From Gemmatimonas sp. (GTDB lineage: Bacteria; Gemmatimonadota; Gemmatimonadetes; Gemmatimonadales; Gemmatimonadaceae): a DNA stretch of 23,125 bases. The stretch is from assembly GCA_031414535.1 (NCBI GenBank), contig JANNVQ010000035.1:1-23125 (forward strand), read 5' to 3'. This document shows positions 1 through 9,580 of the stretch, one piece after another. The notes below the pieces were generated by a model, which saw only the letters and a program-made list of their open reading frames with translations, ran no database searches and was not told the DNA's origin. Positions within the stretch are counted from its first letter, which is position 1. Each line of letters begins with the position of its first letter. The position numbers and the translations under genes were made by a program.

Positions 1-1046
<1,046 letters not shown>

Positions 1047-1059
1047 TCCAACACAGCCT

Positions 1060-1080
1060 CTCCGTGGTGACCGCAGTCGC
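1060..1080 (-). repeat. Remnant arm of a REP-like repeat interrupted by the IS
   Basis: Minus strand reads GCGACTGCGGTCACCACGGAG versus GCGACTGCGGGTCACCACGGAG at 8783-8804 (one-base indel). Both lie just after a stop codon in the same orientation relative to transcription. Confidence 0.85.
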
Positions 1081-1082
1081 CC

Positions 1083-1613
1083 TTACTTCTTGAGCTTATC
1101 GAAAAACACCTTGCGCGCCTTCGACACTTTGGGCGCAACGACAACGGCGCAATACGGATTCGAAGGATTCCGCGCTAAGTAGTTGTCATGGTAGTTCTCG
1201 GCGGGCCAGAACTTTCCAAGCGTCTCAAGTTCCGTCACGATAGGATTGTCCCAATGCGCCTGCGCCGCAGCAAGCTTCTCGCGCGCCACCCGCGCCTGCT
1301 CATCAGAATGGGTGTAGATGGCCGAACGGTACTGCGGGCCCACGTCGTTGCCCTGACGGTCCTTGGTGGTGGGATCGTGGATGGTGAAGAACACATCCAG
1401 CAACTCACCGTAGGAAATCACGCTCGGATCAAAGGTTAGCTGCACCACCTCGGCGTGCCCCGTCTGCTTGCCGCAGACCTGCTCGTAGGTGGGATTCTGC
1501 ACGTGACCACCCGTGTACCCGCTCTTCGCCTTCTCCACGCCACGCAGTTCGAGGTACACCGCCTCGAGGCACCAGAAGCATCCGCCCGCGAGAGTAGCCA
1601 TCTCTTGAGTCAC
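1083..1613 (-). CDS. msrA: Peptide-methionine (S)-S-oxide reductase
   Basis: GGCFWC active site, [25 protein letters not shown] and AENYHDNY motifs. GTG start overlaps the msrB stop (GTGA). Confidence 0.97.
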   Translation of the reverse strand: MTQEMATLAGGCFWCLEAVYLELRGVEKAKSGYTGGHVQNPTYEQVCGKQTGHAEVVQLTFDPSVISYGELLDVFFTIHDPTTKDRQGNDVGPQYRSAIYTHSDEQARVAREKLAAAQAHWDNPIVTELETLGKFWPAENYHDNYLARNPSNPYCAVVVAPKVSKARKVFFDKLKK

Positions 1614-2068
1614 GCGGACTCCTGCGTGAGGTTTGGAAAAAGCGCGGCAAAGGGAGCGTAGCCCTCGGCGGTCAAGCGAGTGGCCGGGACGAAGCGCAGG
1701 GAAGCCGAGTTGATGCAGTAGCGCAGGCCCGTCGGGCTAGGGCCATCGGGGAAGAGGTGCCCCAAGTGCGAATCACCGTCGGCGCTGCGCACTTCCACAC
1801 GCCGCATTCCATAAGAACGGTCTTCGATCTCCGTCACCTGCTTCGGTACCAAGGGCTTGGTGAACGAAGGCCACCCCGTGCCCGAGTCGAACTTGTCGTT
1901 GGAGGCAAAGAGGGGCTCGCCCGAGACCACATCTACATAGATGCCAGGCTCGTGGTGATCCCAGAACTCATTGCGAAAGGGCGGCTCGGTGGCGCTGCAC
2001 TGGGTCACCTCGTACTGCATCGGGGTGAGCTTGGCGGCGAGATCTTGGTTGTCTGGCTTTTTCTTCAT
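1610..2068 (-). CDS. msrB: Peptide-methionine (R)-S-oxide reductase, zinc-free type (152 aa)
   Basis: [28 protein letters not shown] and RYCINSA motifs. Start set to ATG 2068 (MKKKPDN); the upstream ORF extension looks non-coding. Confidence 0.96.
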   Translation of the reverse strand: MKKKPDNQDLAAKLTPMQYEVTQCSATEPPFRNEFWDHHEPGIYVDVVSGEPLFASNDKFDSGTGWPSFTKPLVPKQVTEIEDRSYGMRRVEVRSADGDSHLGHLFPDGPSPTGLRYCINSASLRFVPATRLTAEGYAPFAALFPNLTQESA

Positions 2069-2359
2069 ACGGAGCAAGTTTTGGAGAGAAGTACAGCAGA
2101 CTAATCGGACGGCGGGTCGCTCGCGTTCCCGCGAGCGCGATCGAGGCGAGCGACGAGAACAGCTGTCTCGAGGACGCCAATCGGCTGAGTGGGAATCTTG
2201 AATGCAAGAAGAATTGTGACATGCGGAAGTTCCGACGCAGTCCGTTCTTCCAGAAACCGCAGCTTTTACACCGAACATATGCCGAACTTACCGTATCGCC
2301 GTATGAACAGCACTTGGTAACAGCTTCGTGAAACACTTACCGGGGCACTTTCGTTGTAA

Positions 2360-2397
2360 GCAAGTAGCCGCTTACTTGTGTGCAAGCGTTTACTTGC
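2360..2397. promoter_or_regulatory. Two imperfect palindromes, candidate TetR operators
   Basis: GCAAGT-agcc-GCTTAC (2360-2375) and GCAAGC-gttt-ACTTGC (2382-2397), consensus GCAAGY-N4-RCTTRC, starts 22 bp apart, immediately upstream of the TetR ATG at 2412. Confidence 0.65.
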
Positions 2398-2411
2398 TCT
2401 AGCCATTCCAA

Positions 2412-4427
2412 ATGACCGAACCAACCAAACAACACCTCCTAGAAGCTGCACTTCGCGTGTACGGCGAAGGTGGTTTCCGCGGCGCGACCACGCGGCGCAT
2501 CGCCGAAGAGGCGGGCGTCAACGAAGTCACGCTCTTTCGGCTGTTCGGATCGAAGGCGGCACTGATCACGGCGGCGCTCGAAATGCGCCAGCTGCGTGCC
2601 CCGCGCGATCCGCTTCCCGATGTGCCTGAGAATCCCCAAGCCGAACTCACCAAGTGGGCACAGCAGGACCACGAGTTCATGCTCGCATCTGCAGGGATGA
2701 TCCGCTCCTCTTTGGCCGAGATGCATTCGCATCCCGATTGCGCCGACTCCACGGCGTCGCATCCTGAGAGTTCGTTTGCGGAACTGCACTTGTATGTCGA
2801 GCGCCTTGCCCATCATCGCTTCATCCCCTCGTCGGCTGATGCCAAGCCCGCGGCGGCGATGCTGATGGGTACTATCTTCGCCGACGCCATGGGGCGTGAT
2901 CTAATGCCTTCGATGTTTCCGCCGCGCGAGCAAGCGCCGGCGACGTATGTGCGACTCTTTCTGCGGGCCATCGGTGCCACGGTTATCGCAGCGCTCTTCG
3001 CAATTCTTCCGCTGGCTTTGCACGCGCAGGGCTCCACCCCGGCGTCTGTGTCCAACGCCTCACCGACATCCCTCTCGCTTGCCGATGCGCTGCGCATGGC
3101 CGAGCAGCGCGCGCTCGGCGTTCAAGCCGCGCAGGCCGGTGCGGATCGCGCACGGGGACAGCTCCGTCAGGCCAACAGCCAGCGCTTACCGCAGATCAAC
3201 GGCAGCGCCAGCTATCAGCGCGCCATCCAGAATCAGTTCCAGGCCATCTCGGAGGCATTTCCTGCCGACAGCGCCGACACCACCAGCAGCGGCGGCGGCG
3301 GCGACGGCCTCGCGAATTCACCGCTCGCGGCCATCTTTGCGGCGCCCAACACCTTCGTCTTCACGCTCAGCGCCACGCAGAACATCTGGACCGCTGGCCG
3401 GCTGTCGGCGCAGCGTGCTGGAGCGGAGGCTGGCCGTGATGCGGCCAACATCGCGCTCTCGTCGGCGAAGGCGCAGGCCCTGCTCGATGTCGCACAGGCC
3501 TACTATGACGCTGTTGCCGCCGAGCGATTTGCGGACATCACTGACTCCACGCTGGCGCTCACGGAACGCACCTTCGCGCAAGTGAAGCTCGCGCGAGAAG
3601 TGGGAACCGCGTCGGAGTTTGATTTGCTTCGCGCGCAGGTGACCCGAGACAACGCACGCCCTGCCTCCATCCAAGCGCGTGGCGCGCGCATGGCCGCGCA
3701 GTTGCGGCTGAAGCAGCTGCTGCGGCTTCCGCTCCAACAGCCGCTCACGCTGACCACGCCCATCCGCGATGAAGCGGCCGCGCTTGCGCCAGCGCTCTCA
3801 GGCGTGACGCTCGCCGACTCGCGTAGCATGGCGCCGGATACCAGCGTCAACGCACGCGCCACAGTGCGACAGGCCGAATCGCAGTTGCGTGCACAGGAGC
3901 AAGCACTCAACGCCGCGAAGCTGGCGCGTTTGCCATCCGTACAGCTGAGCTCCAACTACCAGCGCTTCGCGTATCCGCCCGATGGCACCTTCCTTCCGAG
4001 TGATTTGAATCTGTACTTCCCCAACTGGACGGTCTCCTTGGGCATGAGCTTCCCGGTGTTCAACGGCGGTCGCATTGCCGGTGAGCGCATCGTGGCAGAA
4101 GCCAATGTGGCCGAAGCGCGCGTGCAGCTTGAGTCCGCCCGCGACGGTGCTGGGCTCGACGCCATCCTGAGCATCAGCGCACTCGAACAAGCGCAGGCTG
4201 CTTACTCAGCAGCGGTGGGTACCGATACCCAGGCCGAACGCGCGTATCGCATTGCCGAAGTGCGCTTCGCCGAGGGACTCTCCACTGCCGTTGAGCTCAC
4301 GGAGTCGCGCGTCCAATTGGAGCAGGCTCGCCTACAGCGCGTCACGACCGCGCGTGATCTCGAAATCGCTCGCCTTCGTCTCGCGCTCTTAAAGGATCTC
4401 CCGCTGACTCTCGGAGGGAGCCGCTAA
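2412..4427 (+). CDS. TetR/AcrR-family regulator fused via an internal signal peptide to a TolC-family outer-membrane efflux protein (671 aa)
   Basis: N-terminal HTH (GFRGATTRRIAEEAGVNEVTLFRLFGSKAALI); hydrophobic segment ending ALHA|Q at aa ~180-206; then two OEP repeats (LSLADAL, RLPQING, VAQAYY, RFAEGLST). No in-frame stop between domains. Confidence 0.9.
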   Translation: MTEPTKQHLLEAALRVYGEGGFRGATTRRIAEEAGVNEVTLFRLFGSKAALITAALEMRQLRAPRDPLPDVPENPQAELTKWAQQDHEFMLASAGMIRSSLAEMHSHPDCADSTASHPESSFAELHLYVERLAHHRFIPSSADAKPAAAMLMGTIFADAMGRDLMPSMFPPREQAPATYVRLFLRAIGATVIAALFAILPLALHAQGSTPASVSNASPTSLSLADALRMAEQRALGVQAAQAGADRARGQLRQANSQRLPQINGSASYQRAIQNQFQAISEAFPADSADTTSSGGGGDGLANSPLAAIFAAPNTFVFTLSATQNIWTAGRLSAQRAGAEAGRDAANIALSSAKAQALLDVAQAYYDAVAAERFADITDSTLALTERTFAQVKLAREVGTASEFDLLRAQVTRDNARPASIQARGARMAAQLRLKQLLRLPLQQPLTLTTPIRDEAAALAPALSGVTLADSRSMAPDTSVNARATVRQAESQLRAQEQALNAAKLARLPSVQLSSNYQRFAYPPDGTFLPSDLNLYFPNWTVSLGMSFPVFNGGRIAGERIVAEANVAEARVQLESARDGAGLDAILSISALEQAQAAYSAAVGTDTQAERAYRIAEVRFAEGLSTAVELTESRVQLEQARLQRVTTARDLEIARLRLALLKDLPLTLGGSR

Positions 4428-5599
4428 TGCAGTTCACCCAGAATCCCCAGACACCCGCCTCGCGGGGGATGGTTCCGATGTCGTCCCGTTCGCTTCGCGC
4501 CGCCGGCTTGGCCGCAGCCGCGCTTGTCATTTCTATCAGCGCCTGCGGTGGCGATGCCGCTGAGGCGACGCCCTCCACCCCCGTGGCGGTGAACGTAGGG
4601 CCGGAAGGTGTGGCTGTCGCCGCGCAGACCACGCTGTCCATTGGCCCGATGCTCTCGGGCTCACTCGTGGCCGAGCGTACCGCGCAGATTCGCGCCGAAG
4701 TACCGGGCGCGATCGTGCAGGTATTTTTTGATCCCGGCGCGGTGGTCAGCAAGGGCACCTCGCTCGCCAAGATTGATGACCGCGGCATTCAGGACGCCTA
4801 CCTCGGTGCGCGTTCGGGCTTTACGGCGGCACAATCCGCCGCGGACCTGAGCGCACGCGAGTTGGAGCGCGCCAATCGTCTGCACACAGCCGGTGCCATC
4901 TCCGAGTCCGTGCTCGAGAACGCGCGTCGCGCCGACCTCGGAGCACGCTCGATGCTCGATGACGCCCGCGCGCGCTTGGCGCAGGCCGAAAAGAGTCGCG
5001 ACGCTGCCAACGTGCTCGCCCCGTATAACGGTGTCGTCTCCGAGCGCTACGTAAATCCCGGCGACATCGTGAATCCCGGCACCCCGATGTTCGCGATTGT
5101 CGATCCGAGCACGATGCGCTTGGAAGCCGCAGTGCCCGCGAGCGAATTGTCTATGGTGCGAGTTGGTGCTCCAGTGCGCTTTACGGTCACGGGCTATCCG
5201 GGCCGCACGTTTGAAGGTCGCATCTCCAGCGTGAACCCGCAGGCCGATCCACAGACGCGTCAGGTGCGACTGTTTGTACGCATTCCCAACACCGGCCAGC
5301 GCTTGGTGGCAGGATTGTTTGCCGAAGGCCGCATTGCCAGCGAAACGCGCGACGCGCTCACCATCCCGGCCCTCGCCGTAGACGAGCGCGGCCTCCAGCC
5401 GCAGGTGGTGCGCCTGAAGAACGGCGCGACGGAGCGCGTGGCCGTCGTCCTTGGCGTGCGCGATGGCGCCACGGGCCAGGTGGAAATCATGAGTGGCATC
5501 GCTGCTGGCGACACCGTTCTCGTCGGCGCGGCACTCGGTATCACCGTTGGCACGCGAGTGAAGGTCAGCACGCCGTCAGACACTTCGACCCAGCGCTGA
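4427..5599 (+). CDS. RND efflux periplasmic adaptor (membrane fusion protein), probable lipoprotein
   Basis: IRAEVPGAI and VLAPYNGVV lipoyl-like half motifs, helical hairpin, ISAC lipobox-like site. TAATG overlap with upstream stop and GGAGGGAG RBS; alternative start 4478. Confidence 0.95.
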   Translation: MQFTQNPQTPASRGMVPMSSRSLRAAGLAAAALVISISACGGDAAEATPSTPVAVNVGPEGVAVAAQTTLSIGPMLSGSLVAERTAQIRAEVPGAIVQVFFDPGAVVSKGTSLAKIDDRGIQDAYLGARSGFTAAQSAADLSARELERANRLHTAGAISESVLENARRADLGARSMLDDARARLAQAEKSRDAANVLAPYNGVVSERYVNPGDIVNPGTPMFAIVDPSTMRLEAAVPASELSMVRVGAPVRFTVTGYPGRTFEGRISSVNPQADPQTRQVRLFVRIPNTGQRLVAGLFAEGRIASETRDALTIPALAVDERGLQPQVVRLKNGATERVAVVLGVRDGATGQVEIMSGIAAGDTVLVGAALGITVGTRVKVSTPSDTSTQR

Positions 5600-5611
5600 G
5601 GCGCATAGCAG

Positions 5612-8600
5612 ATGTTCATCTCAGACTTTGCGATTAAGCGGCCGCTTGTCACCATCGTATCGATGTTGGCCCTGGTGGTGTTTGGCCTCTTCTCGCTCTG
5701 GCAGCTGGAAACGGACGAGTTCCCGGACGTTCAGCAGCCCATCATCAACGTCGCGATTCCGTTCCCCGGCGCCTCGCCGGACGTCGTGGAGCGCGAAGTA
5801 CTCGACCGTGTGGAAGAAGCCGTCTCGGGCATCTCAGGCGTGGACCGCATCTCGGGCGTTGCGCAGGACGGCTTTGCCAACGTGACGGTCTTCTTCGCCT
5901 TTGAAAAGGACCTGCAGCAGGCGTCGCAGGACATTCGCGACAAGATCAGCGCCATCCGCTCCGAGCTCCCGGTAGAAATGAAGGAGCCGGTGCTCACGCG
6001 CTTTGACCCGGCCGATCAGCCAATCATCGAGATGTCGCTCAATTCGAGCACGCTCGACGCGCCGGCGCTCACGCGCATCGCAGACCCCGCCATCACGCGT
6101 GTGCTGCGCGGACTCGGTGGCGTGGCCGAGGCCAATGTGGTGGGCGGCGTGGAGCGCGAGCTCACGGTTGAGATTCGTCCCGAAGCGATGGAAGCCGCCG
6201 GCATCACGGTGGCACAACTCGTGGGGGCGCTGCAGTCGCAGAACATTGCGGCTCCCGTGGGCCGCATCACCGGCGCACTCGATGAGCGCTCCATTCGCTT
6301 GAAGGGCAAGCTCGAGACGCCGGAAGACTTTCTGCAACTCGTGGTGGCCGAGAAGGGTGGCCGCTCAATCCGCCTCGGCGAAGTCGCCACGGCGCGCGAT
6401 GGCACTGCCGAGCCGCGCACCGCCGCGATGTTCAATGGCCGTGATGCCATCGGCATTCAGGTGAAGAAGTCCAAGGGCTATTCCACCACAGCCGTTTCCG
6501 AGCGCGTGGTGAATGCGATGGACGAGCTGCGCGCAGGACTGCCGGCGGGCACGACGCTCGACATCGTGCGCAATGCGGGCGACCGCGTGGACGCTTCGGT
6601 GTCCAACGTACAGAGCACGCTCATTGAAGGCGCGCTGCTGACGGTGCTCGTGGTGTTTCTGTTCCTCAACTCTTGGCGCTCCACGGTCATCACCGGGCTC
6701 GCGCTGCCCATCTCGGTGCTCGCGAGCTTTGTTGCCGTATGGGCCTTCGGCTTCACGCTCAACACGATGTCACTCCTGGGTCTCTCCCTCGCCATCGGCA
6801 TCCTGATTGACGATGCTATTGTGGTGCGAGAGAACATCGTGCGACACGTGGAAATGGGGAAGGACCACTTCCGTGCGGCGCACGAGGGGACCGACGAAAT
6901 CGGTCTCGCGGTGGCTGCAACGACCTTCTCGATCGTGGCGGTGTTCGTTCCAATCGGATTTATGGCCGGTCTCTCAGGCCAATGGTTCAAGCCGTTCGCG
7001 TTGACCATAGCTTGCGCCGTGCTCGTATCGCTCTTCGTGTCGTTCTCGCTCGACCCCATGCTCTCGGCGTACTGGCCGGATCCGGAGATCGAGAACCACG
7101 AGCATCGCAGTTGGATTTCGCGCCAGCTCGTGAAGTTCAATAACTGGTTCGACAAGTTGGCCGGTTCCTACACAAAGGTCATTGGCTGGGCGCTAGACCA
7201 CCGCCTCGTGATGGTTCTGCTGGCTGTGGGCTCGCTGGCTGGCGCGCTGTTCTTGCAGGCGACCATCGGTGGATTCGGCTTTGTGCCCGTGAGCGACAAC
7301 TCCGAACTCATCGTGCAGGTGGAAACACCGCCGGGCTCGAATCTCGAGTACACGCGCTTGAAGACCGAGGAAGCCGCGAAGGTGGCGCGGGCCCACGGCG
7401 AAGTGCGCTACACGTTTGCGACCATCGGCGCGGGCGGCGGTACGGATCCGTCGGAAGCGCTCGGTGCCGTTGACCTCGGATCTGTGTATGTGCGCATGAC
7501 GCCGAAGGCCGACCGAACAATCTCACAAGATCAGTTTGGCGCGATCCTTCGCGAGGAAGTGAAGTCCATTGGCGGCGCCAGCGTGGCGGTGTTCACCTCT
7601 GGATTCGGTGGGGCCATTAAGCAGGTGCAACTCGAGTTGCGCGGCGCCGACGGCCGTCAGCTACAGATCTTTGCCGATTCGTTGCTGCAAATCGTACGAG
7701 CGGTCCCTGGTGCGGTTGACGTGTCGCTGTCCACTAAGGGGCAGAAGCCCGAGCTCGAGATCACACTGGATCGCGCGCTGGCTGGCTCGCTTGGCGTGAG
7801 TGTTGGGCAGATTGCGCAGTCCTTGCGTCCGGCATTCGCGGGAATCGATGCCGGCGACTGGGTGGACCCTGCCGGTGAGAACCGGAAGGTACGGGTGCGG
7901 CTCGCGGCCGAGTCGCGGACGAAGGTGAGCGACATTGAGCGTTTGCCGATTTCTGTTGGTGGTCAGGGCGGTGCGCCGATGCGGATGATGCCGCTCGGTC
8001 AGCTTGCCACGGTCACGCAGGGCCTAGGGCCGGCCAAAATTTCGCACTTGGACCGCGACAACGTGGTCGTGGTGCAGAGTAACGTCTCTGGCCGCTCGCT
8101 CGGTGAAGTCACGGGCGACATCACGAAGGCGCTCAATCAGATGCAGGTGCCTGAGGGCATCCGCTGGAGCTTCGGCGGCGAGGCCAAGGACCAAGCGCAG
8201 GTGTTCGGCGACATTCTCGCGGCGCTGGGTATCGCATTGCTGCTGATGTACCTCATCCTGGTGATGCAGTTCGGCTCGTTCCTTGAGCCAATCGCCATTC
8301 TGATTTCCTTGCCGCTGTCACTCATCGGCGTGGTGCTGGCGCTCATCATTACCAACGACACGCTGAATATCATGTCGATGATCGGCGTGATTCTGTTGAT
8401 GGGCATCGTGGCCAAGAACGCGATCTTGCTCATTGACTTCGCCAAGTGGGGTCAGGAGCAGGGCATGTCGCGACGCGACGCCATCATTGAAGCCGGGCGC
8501 GTACGCCTCCGCCCGATTCTCATGACGACCTTCGCACTGATTGCCGGCATGATTCCGGTGGCGCTGGGCATTGGTGAAGGCGCGGACTTCCGTGCCCCGC

Positions 8601-8770
8601 TCGGCCGCGCCGTCATCGGCGGAACCATCACGTCAACGGTGCTGACGCTGCTCGTGATCCCGACGATTTACGAAATCATGGACGAGATGCGTAATAAGGT
8701 GGCGGGCTGGTTCAAGTTCCCGGTGCGTCCGAAGACCGAAGAGTACATGGTGCCGACGAAGCCGGTGTAA
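5612..8770 (+). CDS. RND efflux permease subunit (AcrB/AcrD/AcrF family, 1052 aa)
   Basis: MFISDFAIKRP start, GILIDDAIVVREN, AKNAILLIDF and RLRPILMTT proton-relay motifs; two TM clusters with large periplasmic loops. Confidence 0.97.
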   Translation: MFISDFAIKRPLVTIVSMLALVVFGLFSLWQLETDEFPDVQQPIINVAIPFPGASPDVVEREVLDRVEEAVSGISGVDRISGVAQDGFANVTVFFAFEKDLQQASQDIRDKISAIRSELPVEMKEPVLTRFDPADQPIIEMSLNSSTLDAPALTRIADPAITRVLRGLGGVAEANVVGGVERELTVEIRPEAMEAAGITVAQLVGALQSQNIAAPVGRITGALDERSIRLKGKLETPEDFLQLVVAEKGGRSIRLGEVATARDGTAEPRTAAMFNGRDAIGIQVKKSKGYSTTAVSERVVNAMDELRAGLPAGTTLDIVRNAGDRVDASVSNVQSTLIEGALLTVLVVFLFLNSWRSTVITGLALPISVLASFVAVWAFGFTLNTMSLLGLSLAIGILIDDAIVVRENIVRHVEMGKDHFRAAHEGTDEIGLAVAATTFSIVAVFVPIGFMAGLSGQWFKPFALTIACAVLVSLFVSFSLDPMLSAYWPDPEIENHEHRSWISRQLVKFNNWFDKLAGSYTKVIGWALDHRLVMVLLAVGSLAGALFLQATIGGFGFVPVSDNSELIVQVETPPGSNLEYTRLKTEEAAKVARAHGEVRYTFATIGAGGGTDPSEALGAVDLGSVYVRMTPKADRTISQDQFGAILREEVKSIGGASVAVFTSGFGGAIKQVQLELRGADGRQLQIFADSLLQIVRAVPGAVDVSLSTKGQKPELEITLDRALAGSLGVSVGQIAQSLRPAFAGIDAGDWVDPAGENRKVRVRLAAESRTKVSDIERLPISVGGQGGAPMRMMPLGQLATVTQGLGPAKISHLDRDNVVVVQSNVSGRSLGEVTGDITKALNQMQVPEGIRWSFGGEAKDQAQVFGDILAALGIALLLMYLILVMQFGSFLEPIAILISLPLSLIGVVLALIITNDTLNIMSMIGVILLMGIVAKNAILLIDFAKWGQEQGMSRRDAIIEAGRVRLRPILMTTFALIAGMIPVALGIGEGADFRAPLGRAVIGGTITSTVLTLLVIPTIYEIMDEMRNKVAGWFKFPVRPKTEEYMVPTKPV

Positions 8771-8772
8771 GT

Positions 8773-8923
8773 CTCTTCAACTGCGACTGCGGGTCACCAC
8801 GGAGGCACGGAGACCCGGAGAACAGCTTAGAAGTGACTTGGGGGCCCGCGCCGATTTATCGGTGTGGGCCCCCAAAGTTTCCTAACGTCGTTCTCCGAGC
8901 CTCTGTGCCTCCGTGGTGAAGAG
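8773..8923. repeat. REP/REPIN-like palindromic intergenic element between convergent genes
   Basis: 30-bp outer inverted arms 8794-8823 and 8890-8919 (27/30 complementary); inner hairpin 8838-8855/8858-8875; extra CTCTTCA/TGAAGAG complementarity at 8773-8779/8917-8923; second partial copy at 1060-1080. Confidence 0.85.
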
Positions 8924-8935
8924 GCCGTTCAGCGG

Positions 8936-9445
8936 TTACGGACGCGGACCAAACCTACGTGGTGGACGATTCGCGGCGATCCAAGCACGCTGCGCATCTG
9001 TGAGCAGCGCGCGAAGTGCTTCGTGCAGTGCGATCACGTCAGGACGGAGCGCTTCGCCAATCGGCCGGCCGGTCGCGAGGATAGCGCGGATCTCTTCGCG
9101 CGTGGCACCGTCCTGACGAGCCGTGTGCGCGGCTTGGAAGATGGCGCGGAGCGAGTCGAGCGCGCCCTGATGCTCGGTGCGGAAGGCTACGCGTAGGGCC
9201 AACATCGCCGCGCGCTGTCCGTCGCTGAGCGCGATGGAATCCGGGAAGGACGGGCGAATCGTGCGGCCGTCGAACGGACGCGGGCCTGACTGCATGCCCA
9301 TCGTGCCTTCGAGTGCAGCGCCTTGTTCACCGAACATCACTAGCGCGTAATCCTCGGTGCTCGAGAGCGGACCGAGCGGTGACTCGCTGCAGGCCGCGAG
9401 CACTAGCGTCGCGGCGAGGGTGGGGAAAAGCAAACGACGTAACAT
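8936..9445 (-). CDS. Spy/CpxP-like periplasmic lipoprotein
   Basis: Lipobox LAAC; two LTxxQ-like motifs (LSDGQR, LTDAQR) bracketing a helical region; GGAGG RBS. Confidence 0.7.
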   Translation of the reverse strand: MLRRLLFPTLAATLVLAACSESPLGPLSSTEDYALVMFGEQGAALEGTMGMQSGPRPFDGRTIRPSFPDSIALSDGQRAAMLALRVAFRTEHQGALDSLRAIFQAAHTARQDGATREEIRAILATGRPIGEALRPDVIALHEALRALLTDAQRAWIAANRPPRRFGPRP

Positions 9446-9519
9446 TGAACTTCCTCCGTCTGGCCCGAGGGGCCGGTAGGCGCGCGGCAGGGTGGGGCCT
9501 GCGCATGTTGTGCCTGTTG

Positions 9520-9545
9520 GATGCTGCAGACTCAGGAACGTTAAT
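9520..9545 (-). promoter_or_regulatory. Possible ECF-sigma promoter for the Spy/CpxP-like gene
   Basis: Minus strand ATTAAC-N16-CATC resembles the AAC-N16-CGTC ECF pattern, ~75 nt upstream of the ATG. Confidence 0.3.
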
Positions 9546-9580
9546 ACCCGAGTTCGCGGTACAGCGGTTACTACCTCCTT

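Noticed and set aside
2069..2278. 70-aa N-terminal extension of MsrB in the ORF track
   Set aside because: Low-complexity translation of intergenic DNA; MsrB homology begins near ATG 2068.
8773..8923. CRISPR array or tRNA interpretation of the palindromic element
   Set aside because: No repeat-spacer periodicity, no cas genes, no cloverleaf; it is one nested inverted repeat.
8864..9196. 110-aa plus-strand ORF
   Set aside because: Starts inside the repeat and is antisense to the better-supported lipoprotein gene.
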